From Anaeramoeba ignava BMAN (lineage: Eukaryota > Protista > Anaeramoebae), in NCBI GenBank assembly GCA_028826165.1, contig JAPDFW010000081.1, forward strand, positions 248,001-312,000: a stretch of DNA of 64,000 nucleotides. Reading direction: 5' to 3'. The notes beneath the pieces were generated by a model that was given only the letters and a program-made list of their open reading frames with translations, was not told the DNA's origin and ran no database searches. The position numbers and the translations under genes are program-made. Below are positions 28,501 to 39,888 of the stretch, piece by piece; position 1 is the stretch's first letter, and each line of letters starts with the position of its first letter.

Positions 28501-31500
28501 GGCAATATTTCCTGGCCCTTTTCCTGCACACTTCTTGTTAATTCTCGAGAAGTCAACGCAGAAAACGATATTCTTTTTGGTTTTCTCATCGAATTTAACC
28601 GCAATATTCTCGAGTTTTTCCCTGTCATTCATTTTATTGACCAATCATTTGAACAACCAAACTTATTTGAAATTTGGGAAAATTACAGTTCTTATTTGTA
28701 TTCCAGATCTCCAACCTTCTCTCCCAAAACATCCCTAAGTTATTCGCATTTGCAAACGAAACCCAATTCTCAATTTATCCCAAAAAGCAATTTTAATCCT
28801 GTTTATAATTCACAGAAAAACAACCAGCAAAGCATCCCAAGTGTTTTCAATTACCAAGCTTTCCAGACACAAAATAACACAAACCAACCCTCTATTAAGA
28901 ATCAAAGCAAATCCTTTTCAATTTCTTCTCAAAAATCTTCGACGGATAATAACAATAACAACAACAACAACAGCAACACTAATAAAAAGAGTTGGTTAAA
29001 TTTTTATTTTCCTGATAATAATCAACTCCAAAATTCAACTCGAAATCCAAACATGTTAAATTTAAAAAATACAAATATAGAAAATACAAATATAAAAAAT
29101 ACAAATCTAGAAAATACAAATCTAGAAAATCCAAAAAGCCCAAAGAAACAATCTTCAAATCAAATAATGAGTTTCTTAGATGATGATGGTATTGAAGATA
29201 TTAACCTATACAGCAGTCTTCCAGAATCAGACTCAGATTCAGGAACTAATTTTTCTGATTTTATTTATGAAAGTGAAACGGATATTGAAAAGTCAATCCC
29301 TAATAGAAATATCCAAAATGAAATTCAAATACAAATTCAAAAATCTCAAGGCAATTCTTATGAAAAACAAAAAAATTTGTTGAGAACCGAAAATGTTCAA
29401 ACTCAAATTAGTGAGATGATCCACAGACCAAATTTTTCATTGCAAAATTTTTCAAATAAACAAAATTCTAATACATCAGATATTCGAGGTTATGAAAACC
29501 ATCAAATAATTAATCAAGTAAATTCTTTTCAAGATTTAAATTATAATCTTATTGATTCTCAAGATGAACCACTATCTGAAATTTCCCTTTTTCCACGCAA
29601 TAATAGCCAATTCAATATTTCTCGTCAGGCTCGTTTACAAACTTCATTTTCTGAAGTATTTTCTCCTGAATATATTCGAAAATTAGGATTTTCTCAGAAA
29701 AGGGATTCTAATCAGCAAATCGACAAAGAAGAGGAACAGCAACAAAAATATCAAATTATTCAAAATATTCAAAATCAAATTCCTCAAAATATTCAAAATC
29801 AAAATAATAATATTCAACAAAATTCACAACAAAAATATCAAATTATTCAAAATATTCAACACCAAAATTCACAACATCAAAAATATCAAATTCCTCAAAA
29901 TATTCAAAATCAAAATAATAATATTCAACAAAATTCACATCAAAATCAAAATAATAATATTCAACAAATTATTCAACAAAATTCCAATCCAAAATATCAA
30001 ATTCCTCAAAATAATAATATTCAACAAATTATTCAACAAAATTCACAACAAAAATATCAAATTATTCAAAATATTCAAAATCAAAATCAAAATCAAAATC
30101 AAAATCAAAATAATAATATTCAACAAATTATTCAACAAAATTCACAACAACAAAAATATCAAATTCCTCAAAATATTAATATTCAACAAATCATTCAACA
30201 AAATTCACATCATCAAAAAATATTCAACAAAATTCACATCATCAAAATATTCAACAAAATTCACAACAACAAAAATATCAAATTCTTCAAAATATTCAAC
30301 ACCAAAATTCACAACATCAAAAATATCAAATTCCTCAAAATATTCAAAATCAAAATCTAAAATATCAAATTCCTCAAAATAATAATATTCAACAAATTAT
30401 TCAACAAAATTCACAACAACAAAAATATCAAATTCCTCAAAATATTCAAAATCAAAATCAAAATCAAAATCTAAAATATCAAATTCCTCAAAATAATAAT
30501 ATTCAACAAATCATTCAACAAAATTCACATCATCAAAATATTCAACAAAATTCACAACAACAAAAATATCAAATTCTTCAAAATAATAATATTCAAAATC
30601 TAAATCAAAATCAAAATCAAAATAATAATATTCAACAAATCATTCAACAAAATTCACAACAAAAATATCAAATTCTTCAAAATATTAATATTCAAAATCA
30701 AAATTCACATCAATATCAAAATCAAAATAATAATATTCAACAAATTATTCAACAAAATTCACAACAAAAATATCAAAATATTCAAAATCAAAATGACCAA
30801 AAATCCGTCGAAATACACATATCAAAAATTATTACTGATTTAAGAAGATTGATATTATATAAAACAAAAATACAAATACTGGAAAATGTCTTGAACCAAA
30901 CAACATTTCCAGTAACAAAAATTTTAATAAAAATTTCATATGATCCATTAAATAAAAATCAACATATTTTGAGCAAATTCTGAATCAATTTCATTCTATC
31001 AGGCCTGAACTTCTCAGAACACCCAAATTATTAGTGAAATTTGATCCAATTATAGAAGAAATTATGCGCAATTCCTTTACAGAATATATTCAAAAAGATA
31101 ATAGCGAAATTCCAGAAAAAATTAACACAATTAATCTTGTGCATTTCTTACTCACAAATTTACTGAAAGAAGATCAGAATTTGTTTACAAAATGCCGAAC
31201 AGATTCAAATGCAAAACCCGTTGTTCCTTATTCAAATAATCTCACAAAACGTAAGCAATCTCAATACATTTTTTTGGGGAAACTTATTGGTATTTCAATT
31301 CGCAACTCTATTCCTATCAACATCCCTTTTCCATCATTAGTTTGGAAATTAATAGTTTTTGAAAAACCAAATTTTGAAGATTTAAAAGAAGTGGATCATT
31401 CTTTATTTTTATTTCTTGAGAAAATAACACAGAATTCCAAAAGTCAATTTGAACAACTGATAAAAGATCACGAAAGTAATTTCACAATTGATTCATTTGG

Positions 31501-31726
31501 TAAATCTAATCGAATTGAATTATTTCCTGGCGGTTCAATGACTCGATTAAAATTCGAAATAACAAAAGAATATTCCAATTTATGCCAAAATTTTAGAATG
31601 AATGAATTTTTCCCTCAAATCCATTTGATTCAAGAAGGAATTAAACAAATCATTCCAAATTTTCATATTTTTCATTTGTTTACTTGGCAAGAATTCAAAA
31701 AATTAATTTCTAGAAAAGTGAAGTAA
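19516..31726 (+). CDS. Giant HECTD4/MYCBP2-like protein with SPRY domain, Q/N-rich tract and truncated HECT (N-lobe only)
   Basis: LACDRGFIYLHDNKGLLKVGKGAVGTTKG motif, SPRY (FYYEIKI...YGPAFNVGDVVGCG...FFTKNGKDLGIAF), HECT-like FLGKLIGISIR...LVWKLI...LFPGGS...LFTWQE. Single-base shifts near 30220 and 30970 join the ORFs. Confidence 0.75.
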
Positions 31727-31824
31727 ATAAAACAGTTATTTTGTTTTTGAATTGAATTTTATTTTTTTTCAAATCAAAAAAAAAGAAAGAAAGAAAAAGA
31801 AGATGATTCTGTGGTTTTTTTTTT

Positions 31825-32437
31825 TTAAAGAATAATTGATCTATTTGATTTATTTTCTTTTGGATCTCTTGATAATTTTTTTTCTTTCAATTTTTCTTCA
31901 TAATCTTTAAATAATTCTTTTTGGTTTTTTCCTAACCAAAACAAATAATGAAAAGATATAATATTTTCACTCATATCATCAAATTCAAATTTAGCTGCAT
32001 AATTTCCAACTAGACTAATTGACATAACACTAACAAATTTTCTTCCTGGAATCAACTAAAAAATTTTAAATAAATGAAAAAATTTTAAATAAATGAAAAA
32101 ATTTTAAATGAATGAAAAAATTTTTACTTGTTTTTCTTCAGTTTGAGGAGGAATTGCTCTAAGAAGTTCAGCAGGAATTTCAAGTTCTGTTTTATCATCA
32201 AAAGTTACTTTTAATTTCTTATTAAAAAATTTTTTTATTTAAATTTTGATTTTGATTTTGATTTTGATTAAAATTTACTTTCTCTTTTGAAAAATAATCA
32301 ATTGATTTGCATTTTTGTTTCATTATTTCATTTTCATTAAATTTTAAAGAAGAAAACCAAGAAGAAGGAATTTTTTGCAAAGAAGGAATTTTTTGGAAAG
32401 GAAATTTAAAATTTGATTTTTGGATTAAAGAAAGCAT
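31825..32437 (-). CDS. DUF971 / GBBH-like N-terminal domain protein with putative mitochondrial/hydrogenosomal presequence (3 exons)
   Basis: Spliced KLKVTFDDKTELEIPAELLRAIPP...|LIPGRKFVSVMSISLVGNYAAKFEFDD...YL..LG...LSRD. The N-terminus MLSLIQKSNFKFPFQKIPSLQKIPSSWFSS has no acidic residues. Confidence 0.8.
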
Positions 32438-32507
32438 TTTTATTTTGAATTTAAAAAAATGAAAAAATGAAAAATTGAAAAATTAATAAAACAAAATTTT
32501 CTTTTTT

Positions 32508-35085
32508 TCATTTAATCATTTGATCCAAAATTTCTTTAAAAATCTCAAAAGAAGGAACCATTTGAGTTTCATAACAAGCAAAAGCGATATTTTCCCAATG
32601 TTGAAAAATTTCAAGAAGCATAATTTTCAATTTTGACTTGGCAATCTCACGAAGACCATAAGAAGGATGAATATCTTTATTGATTTTCTTAAAAGAGAGA
32701 GAGATTCTGTCTTCTATTGATTTATTAGAGAATTTTTTAATCATCTGAGTAAAAGCGCCCATTGAGAAACTACTTTGGAATGTAACTTCTTGGTAAGTAT
32801 GCGAAGGAAGAAGGGAATCAATTTTCATAAAGAAGTCTGCAGGCTCAGAAAAATTTGTGCGAATCAATGAGTTAATATAAGACCGGAAATTTTTCTCGTA
32901 TTTTTCTTTTGCTTGTGCAATATATGGATCCAATGATGGAATTTGAAAGGATTTTTCTAACGAACTGAAGAAATGGTGATAATTCTCAAAAAGATAAATA
33001 TTTCGATATTTTTGATTTGATTCTGCAACTTCCTTTTCAAGCCATTCAAACATTCGAACCACAATTTTGAGATATCCATGATCCGCAGAGCCTCTTGAAT
33101 CCGAATCAATGATTTTTTCGATTCTTTCCACAAAAAGTGGGAATTTTATAAAAATTGGGAAAATTCCACATCTTTTTCCTGGAATTTTGCTTTCTTCAAA
33201 AATACGGATTTGGGAATCAATATAAACAGAAAACACTTTTTGTAACTCGATCTGGCATTCCGTTAATAACCGAAGAAGCACCAAATCATGATCCCGATAA
33301 ATCACAATAAATCTGTGAACCGTGCCGATCATTTGCAGAATAAAAAGATTGTCCATTTTATTTGCTTTTTCAATTAGAATTTCCAATTGAGGTAAAATTG
33401 TTCCTTCAAAAATTTGTTCCAATAATTGACTTATTTTTTCAGAATTCGGCACTTGAAGTGATTCCATTTCCTCAATTTCTTTAAAATTCCCGTTGAATTC
33501 CTGCCATTTTGTATCACAAAAATTGAAAAAGATGTGGACAAATTTTTGTTCAAGAAAAATAAAGGGTGCAATTTCATTCAAAGCTTTTTCGAATATTGTT
33601 GTGATTTTTTCCTTGTTTGGCGGCAGTTTTTTTTCATGTGGGATTGTTGGTGGTAATTGTAGTATGTTAGCTTTTCTTTCTTCCTTGAAAATCTTATTTT
33701 TTAATTCTTCAAATAATTTGTGGAATTGTTTTCTATAAAGATTTCTCATTTCATGAATGTATTTTGTTTGAACTTCTAAATATTTAGGTTGATCTAAGTC
33801 TTTAAGCCAAGCAATAAAACAAGAGTAAAGAACTAATTGTTTGTGAACGAATTCTATTTTTTTTGCTAGAAATAATTTTTTTCCGATTTTGAATTGAATT
33901 TTAGATTAAATTTTGAATTGAATTGAATATTGAATATTGAATTAAATATTGAATATTGAATATTGAATTGAATATTGAATTGAATTGAATTGAATATTGA
34001 ATTAAATTGAATTGAATTAAATATTAAATTGAATATTAAATATTGAATTAAATTGAATTGAATATTAAATATTGAATTGGATTAAATATTGAATTGAATA
34101 TTGAATTGAATTGAATATTGAATATTAAATTGAATTGAATATTAAATATTAAATTGAATTGAATATTAAATATTAAATTGAATTGAATATTAAATATTAA
34201 ATTGAATTGAATTGAATTGAATATTGAAAATTGAATTGAATTGAATTGAATTGAATTGAATTGAATTAAATTGAATTTTGGATTAAATATTGAATTAAAT
34301 TAAATATTGAATATTGAATTAAATTGAATTTTGGATTAAATATTAAATTTTGAATTGAATATTAAATTGATTTGAAAAATACTCTTTGAAACATTCACTG
34401 AATTTTGCTCATTATTTTTGGGACGAGATAATTGATCAATATTTTCAAATCTCTTAATTAAAAACTCAACCAGATTTCCTTTAAAAATGGTTTCTAATTC
34501 ATTAAAACGTGAAATCTTTGTATGAACAGCATTCAATTTCAAAAGACCCAAAGATTCCTCTTTTTTAATTGATAAACTTAATTTTTGAATTGAAAGCCAA
34601 ATTCTTGATAATTCAAGAGGTTTTGTTGTATCAAGATTTTGATTCTCTATAATCTTGCAATCCTGCTCTGTATCATTAAACCGAGTTATCAAAGAAGAGA
34701 TATCTTCCAAAACCTTCCCGCGATTGGTCGTTCTTGTCGCTCTTTCGTTATTATCTTTTTCAATTTGTTGTATGTTTCTCCGCATTGAGTTCAATTTTCC
34801 ACTGAATAAATTAAGTAAATTTTGCATCTCGCTTAATTCTTTCTGTGCCTCTTCAAGTCGCTCAACAATTTCTCTTGTGGCTTCTTCTGTTTTGATTAAC
34901 TCGATAATGTTTGTTTTTTCAAGATTGTGAAGTTGTTTATTTAATTGCTTTACAATATCATCTGCTTGATCAAATGATTTGGTTTTTCCAAGAAGTGAAT
35001 CAATATTTTTTATATCATGAGTTGATAAAGAACGTGAATCAATAAACTCATTTGGATTATTTTCATTTAAAGTAGGTTTAAACAT
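32508..35085 (-). CDS. SEC3: Exocyst subunit Sec3/EXOC1 (coiled coil + Sec3_C), 2 exons
   Basis: LNKQLHNLEKTNIIELI...IQQIEKDN...N coiled coil; spliced HKQLVLYSCFIAWLKDLD; KRCGIFP...FVERIE; FENYHHFF. Intron 33866-34382. Confidence 0.85.
33880..34370. repeat. Intronic TTGAA/TTGAATA microsatellite
   Basis: Fills the Sec3 intron. Confidence 0.9.
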
Positions 35086-35097
35086 TTCTTTTATTTT

Positions 35098-35130
35098 CCA
35101 AAAAAATGAAAAAATGAAAAAATGAAAAAA
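35098..35130 (-). promoter_or_regulatory. Tandem Inr-like TCATTTTT elements upstream of Sec3
   Basis: Three sense-strand copies about 20-40 nt before the ATG. The same motif precedes most genes in the window. Confidence 0.6.
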
Positions 35131-35219
35131 TATTTTTAATCATTTTTATTCCTTTTTTTAAAAAGAAAAGAATCTAAAAATTGTTTTGGAATTTCTTTTT
35201 TTTTTTCTTTCTTAAAATA

Positions 35220-37441
35220 TTATTTCTCATTAAAAATATTTTCAAGTCTTAATTTTTGTTCATCAGTTAATGATTTAGGAAAATCAACAAGATATCTAAT
35301 AAATAAAGATCCTTTTTCTGAAGGAAAATGTCTTTTTGGCATTCCATATCCTTTATATTTCCGAATCATTCCTTTTAATTTTTTTACAAAATGAATTATT
35401 GATTTGAAATATTTTTTTTTTCAAATGAATATTTACCATGATGTGTTATTGAATCTTCTTCAATTGTAATTAATTCTCCATTTGGATGTCTAATTGTTTT
35501 TTTAAATCCAACTAATGAATCTAAAAGTGATATTTTCAATTCTGTTGTTAAATCCATTCCCTTTCTTTGAAAAAGAGAATCAGGATTTTCACGGATTGTA
35601 ATAATAAGATCACCAGGAATAGTATTAATTTCTTCATCAGTATAACCATCAAATTTCTATTTGAATCAAATATTTTAAATATTTTTTTAAATATTTATTT
35701 TGAATATTATTTTGAATATTATTTTAAATATTTTTTAAATATTTTTTTAAATATTATTTTTAAATATTATTTTGAATATTATTTTGAATATTATTTTAAA
35801 TATTTATTTTAAATATTATTTTTAAATATTTATTTTAAATATTTATTTTGAATATTATTTTAAATATTATTTTAAATATTTTTTTAAATATTATTTTAAA
35901 TATTATTTTAAATATTTATTTTGAATATTTATTTTAAATATTTTTTTAAATATTTATTTTAAATATTTTTTAAATATTTATTTTGAATATTTATTTTAAA
36001 TATTTTGAATATTTATTTTAAATATTATTTTTGAATATTTTTTAAATATTATTTTGAATATTTATTTTGGATATTATTTTGAATATTTTAAATATTTATT
36101 TTGGAATATTATTTTTGATATTTTTTTGATTATTTTAATATTTTTATTTTAAATATTATTTTTAAATATTATTTTTAAATATTATTTTAAATATTTATTT
36201 TAAATATTTTTTAAATATTATTTTAAATATTATTTTATATTTTAAATATTATTTTAAATATTTTAAATATTTTAAATATTATTTTTGAATATTTTATTTT
36301 GAATATTATTTTAAAAATTTTTATTTTAAATATTTATTTTGGATATTTTAAATATTATTTTGAATATTTATTTTAAATATTTTAAATATTATTTTAAATA
36401 TTTATTTTGAATATTTTTTTAAATATTTTTTTAAATATTTATTTTGGATATTTATTTTGAATATTATTTTGAATATTATTTTAAATATTTATTTTGGATA
36501 TTATTTTAAATATTATTTTTGAATAAATACAATTTCTTCATTTGGATTCATTCCTGGTTCTATAACCACATGTAATTGAGTATCTACTCTCATTAATGGT
36601 TTTCCTTTACATTTCTTACAAGAATATCCTCCTTTAGGACATGTACAAAGAGCATTTTTTGTATAAGGAATATCTATAATTTTTCCTTGAATAAAATCTT
36701 TAAGATCAAGAAAAAGATCAATATTTAAATCTGCTCCTTTTCTTTGTCTTTGTTGACCTCCAAAATTAAAAGTAAATGAAAATCCATTATCAAATCTAAA
36801 TTATTTTTAATTTGGATTTGATTTTGAATTTGAATTTGAATTTTAATTTGAATTTGAATTTGAATTTTAATTTTAATTTTAATTTGAATTTTAATTTGAT
36901 TTTTGAATTTGATTTGAATTTGAATTTTAATTTGAATTTTTAATTTGAATTTGATTTTGATTTTGATTTTGATTTTGATTTGAATTTTAATTTTAATACG
37001 TTTGGAATGTTTGAAAGGAATTTGGATCTCTTCCTTGTTTAACTCCTTCTTCTCCATATAAATCATATAATTTTCTTTTTTTAGAATCAGAAAGAGTTTC
37101 ATAAGCTAAAATTGAAAAATTAAAATTAAAATTAAATTAAAATTAAAATTAAAATTAAATTAAAAATTAAAATTAAAATTAAAATTAAAATTAAAATTAA
37201 AATTAAAATTAAAATTAAATTCACCTTCAGCAATTTCTACAAATTTTTCCTCAGCATCTGGTGCATGATTTTTATCAGGATAATAAATTTTGGAAAGAGA
37301 ATGATAAGCTTTTTTAATTTGAGTTTCAGTTGCATCTCGAGTTAATCCCAAAAGTTCATAAAAATCTTTAGTTGAATAAACTGAAAAGATGAAAAAAGTA
37401 ATAATAAAGAAAGATGTAAATTTAATTGAAAATAAATCCAT
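35220..37441 (-). CDS. ER-luminal DnaJ (ERdj3/DNAJB11-like) with HPD->YPD
   Basis: Signal peptide; KDFYELLGL...IKKAYHSLSKIYYPDKN...AYETLSD..KRKLYDLYGEEG; C-terminal PGDLII, RKGMDL, SLLDSLVGF, GYGMP, VDFP. Confidence 0.88.
35665..36525. repeat. Intronic ~12-bp degenerate array (AAATATTATTTT-like)
   Basis: Fills DnaJ intron 35657-36530. Confidence 0.9.
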
Positions 37442-37577
37442 TTTTAATTTTTTTTTATTTTAGGTTTTTTTTAAAAAGAAAAAAATGAAAAAAAATTAAT
37501 TTTGTTTTTTCATTTTTTTTCATTTTTCTTTTTTTCATTTTTTTCATTTTTTTCTATTAAATTTTGTTTTTAAAAAA
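37442..37577. promoter_or_regulatory. Compact bidirectional promoter (DnaJ / CCDC6)
   Basis: 136-nt gap with one AAAAATGA facing left and four TCATTTTT facing right. Confidence 0.6.
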
Positions 37578-38664
37578 ATGATAATTAACCCAGACGAATT
37601 AAGAAAAATTTTAAAACAAAAACAACAACAAAATCGACAACTTCAACAAGAAATTGAAGTATTACAAAAAAATTCTTCTAAAATTGTAAGAAAATTTATT
37701 TAATATTTATTTAATATTTAATATTTACTTAAAATTTATTTAATATTTAAAATTTATTTAATATTAGCAACAATTATCAGAAAGAGAAGAAGAATTAATC
37801 GCAAACACTTTAATACAAAGAGTTAATGAACTAGAAGAAGAAAAAAATCAACTCCTTTTCAAAGTAGAATCAGAAAAAAAATACATCGAAAACAATCTTT
37901 CTCAAAAATTATCAAAAGTTCAAAAAGAAAAACAAGATTTAGAAGCAAAACTCGAATTTGAACAAGAATACATTCTCAAACAACTTCATTCAGATCTAAA
38001 CAATCTCTTCGAAGAAAAAACCAAACTAGAAAAAACCGTTATTGATAAACAAGAAACAAATGAAAATATCGATGAAAATTTATTCTCAGAAAATCAATTA
38101 AATTTTGAGAAAAAAAAAGAAATTGAAAAATTAAAACATGAAAACCAAGAACTTTCTGAGCAAATATCGATATTCCGACAGGAAATCAAAAGACTCAAAC
38201 AGCAAATAGTTCGTGAACAAAGAAAAATCAAAAAAATAATTGGAGATGAACAACTTGAAACCAAAAAAGGAGATTTTGGTCAAAATATCCAAAAAGTAAT
38301 GACTAGATCAAACGAAAGATTCCCCAGAAAATGGAGTACTTTTTTAAATCTTCAGTCGTTTTCTCCTCCTTCAAAAAGCAACGTCTCTCCTCTTCATTAT
38401 CGTTCTTCTTCAACTGACTATTTCGCAACTGCTAGAAATAGAAGCGAAATGGTTCAAAGACTTGCAAACTTGAAAAAAACTAAATTTCTTTCGGCTGATA
38501 AACCCAAAAACAGAAAACGCTCAACTTCTCATCCAAATTTGAAAAAAACTAATCCTGCAATTTATGGAAATTTAAATAAAAATGTGGATCCAAATGAGGA
38601 AATCAAAAAAATTGATACTCAAAAAGAATTTAAAAATATCAAAAAAAGAGATGATTTCTTTTAA
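37578..38664 (+). CDS. CCDC6-like (DUF2046) coiled-coil protein
   Basis: After one intron: EREEELIANTLIQRVNELEEEKNQLLFKVESEKKYIENNLSQKL...LEFEQEYILKQL. It continues in frame into ORF 38299..38664. Confidence 0.75.
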
Positions 38665-38765
38665 ATTCATTCCAAATATTTGTTCGTTTTTTTCTTTTCT
38701 TTATTCCAAATTCAAAAACCAAATTCAAAAACCAAATTTAAAGAATGAAATTTTGATCATTTCCT

Positions 38766-39807
38766 TTAATTTTTTGAAGAACCAATTTTTTCAGAAATTT
38801 GAAATGCAATATTTCGAATTTCTTCAACAATTTCTTCATCTTTTGCAATTAATTGAAGATCTCCAACAATTTGAGTTTTTTTGAATACTTGAATATTTTC
38901 TTCATTTTCTTCAATTAAGCTTTGAATAAACAAAAGCATCTTTTCCAAAAAATCAAATTCTTCAAATTTTTCATTTTGATTTTCATTTTGATTTTCATTT
39001 TTTAAAGATTTAAAAAAAGCAACATTATTCACTAACTTAGCAACAACTTCAATTAAAAATTTTGATTCTCCAAATATTTTTTGAAAAGAAATTTCTGGTT
39101 TTTTTTCTTGAACAAGTTGATAAAAGAAAAAGAAAATTCTCATTTTTTGATAATAAATTCCGTTTGAAAGAAAATCAATCATCAATTCAAGAACTTGATT
39201 TGAAAGAAACCATTTCTGCGCTTGATAATTGTTCTCTACAAAAGCTGAAGTTGCTGAAATTGCTCTTGTTTGCACATTTTGAGCTTTTGATTTTAAACTT
39301 GAAATGAAATGATCCAAAATGTTTTTTTTATTTAATAATAAATTTTGAAAATCAATATTATTTTTTGCACATGTTCCAATTACATATAAAGCATTTGATT
39401 TTATTGTTGGATCTTCTGCGTTTAAAAAATTTGCAACAATATCAACACCTCCCAATTTATCAAGATCTATTTAAAAAAGAAAAAAACGAATCGAAAAAAA
39501 GAATAGCAAAAAATTTTTGATTAATTTTCTTGATTAAATTTTTTTATTTACTATTTGCATTATCTATATTTTCAACAAATTCTTGTAAACTTTCTAAATT
39601 GTCATTAATTATTGATGTCTCTTTTTCCGTTTTTAATTTTTCAATGCATTTCTTCATTTCTTCTGTTTCATCAACAATTAAATTTGACATAACTTCATTA
39701 AAAATTTGTTTTTTTAATTTCCATTCTTCCTCACTCATTTGATTTTGTATTTCGTTTAAATTTTGCTCATTAGAATTTGCTAAACTCCATTTAAGAAGGT
39801 CTTCCAT
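38766..39807 (-). CDS. FES1: Hsp70 nucleotide exchange factor Fes1/HspBP1
   Basis: MEDLLKWSLANS; LESLQEFVENIDNAN|DLDKLGG; VIGTCAKNN ARM repeats. Confidence 0.9.
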
Positions 39808-39888
39808 TATAAAATAAAATGAAAAAAAATGAAAAAAATGAAAAAATAAAAATTCATTTTTTTTCTTTTTTAAAATTTTTTTTTTAAA
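39808..39888. promoter_or_regulatory. 81-nt bidirectional promoter (Fes1 / BTB-TLDc)
   Basis: Three AAATGA copies facing left and one TCATTTTT facing right. Confidence 0.6.

Noticed and set aside
19814-29383. Many short overlapping ORFs inside the giant gene
   Set aside because: They are by-products of locally higher GC and show no recognisable motifs.
19516-30360. Horizontal or viral origin, or an intein/Hint domain, in the GC-richer giant ORF
   Set aside because: The domains are eukaryotic (SPRY, HECT-like) and GC changes gradually. I saw no intein N-terminal block or HN-C/S/T junction.
35220-39807. Functional chaperone cluster (DnaJ + Fes1)
   Set aside because: The DnaJ is ER-luminal and the Fes1 is cytosolic, with an unrelated gene between them. 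Proximity is likely chance.
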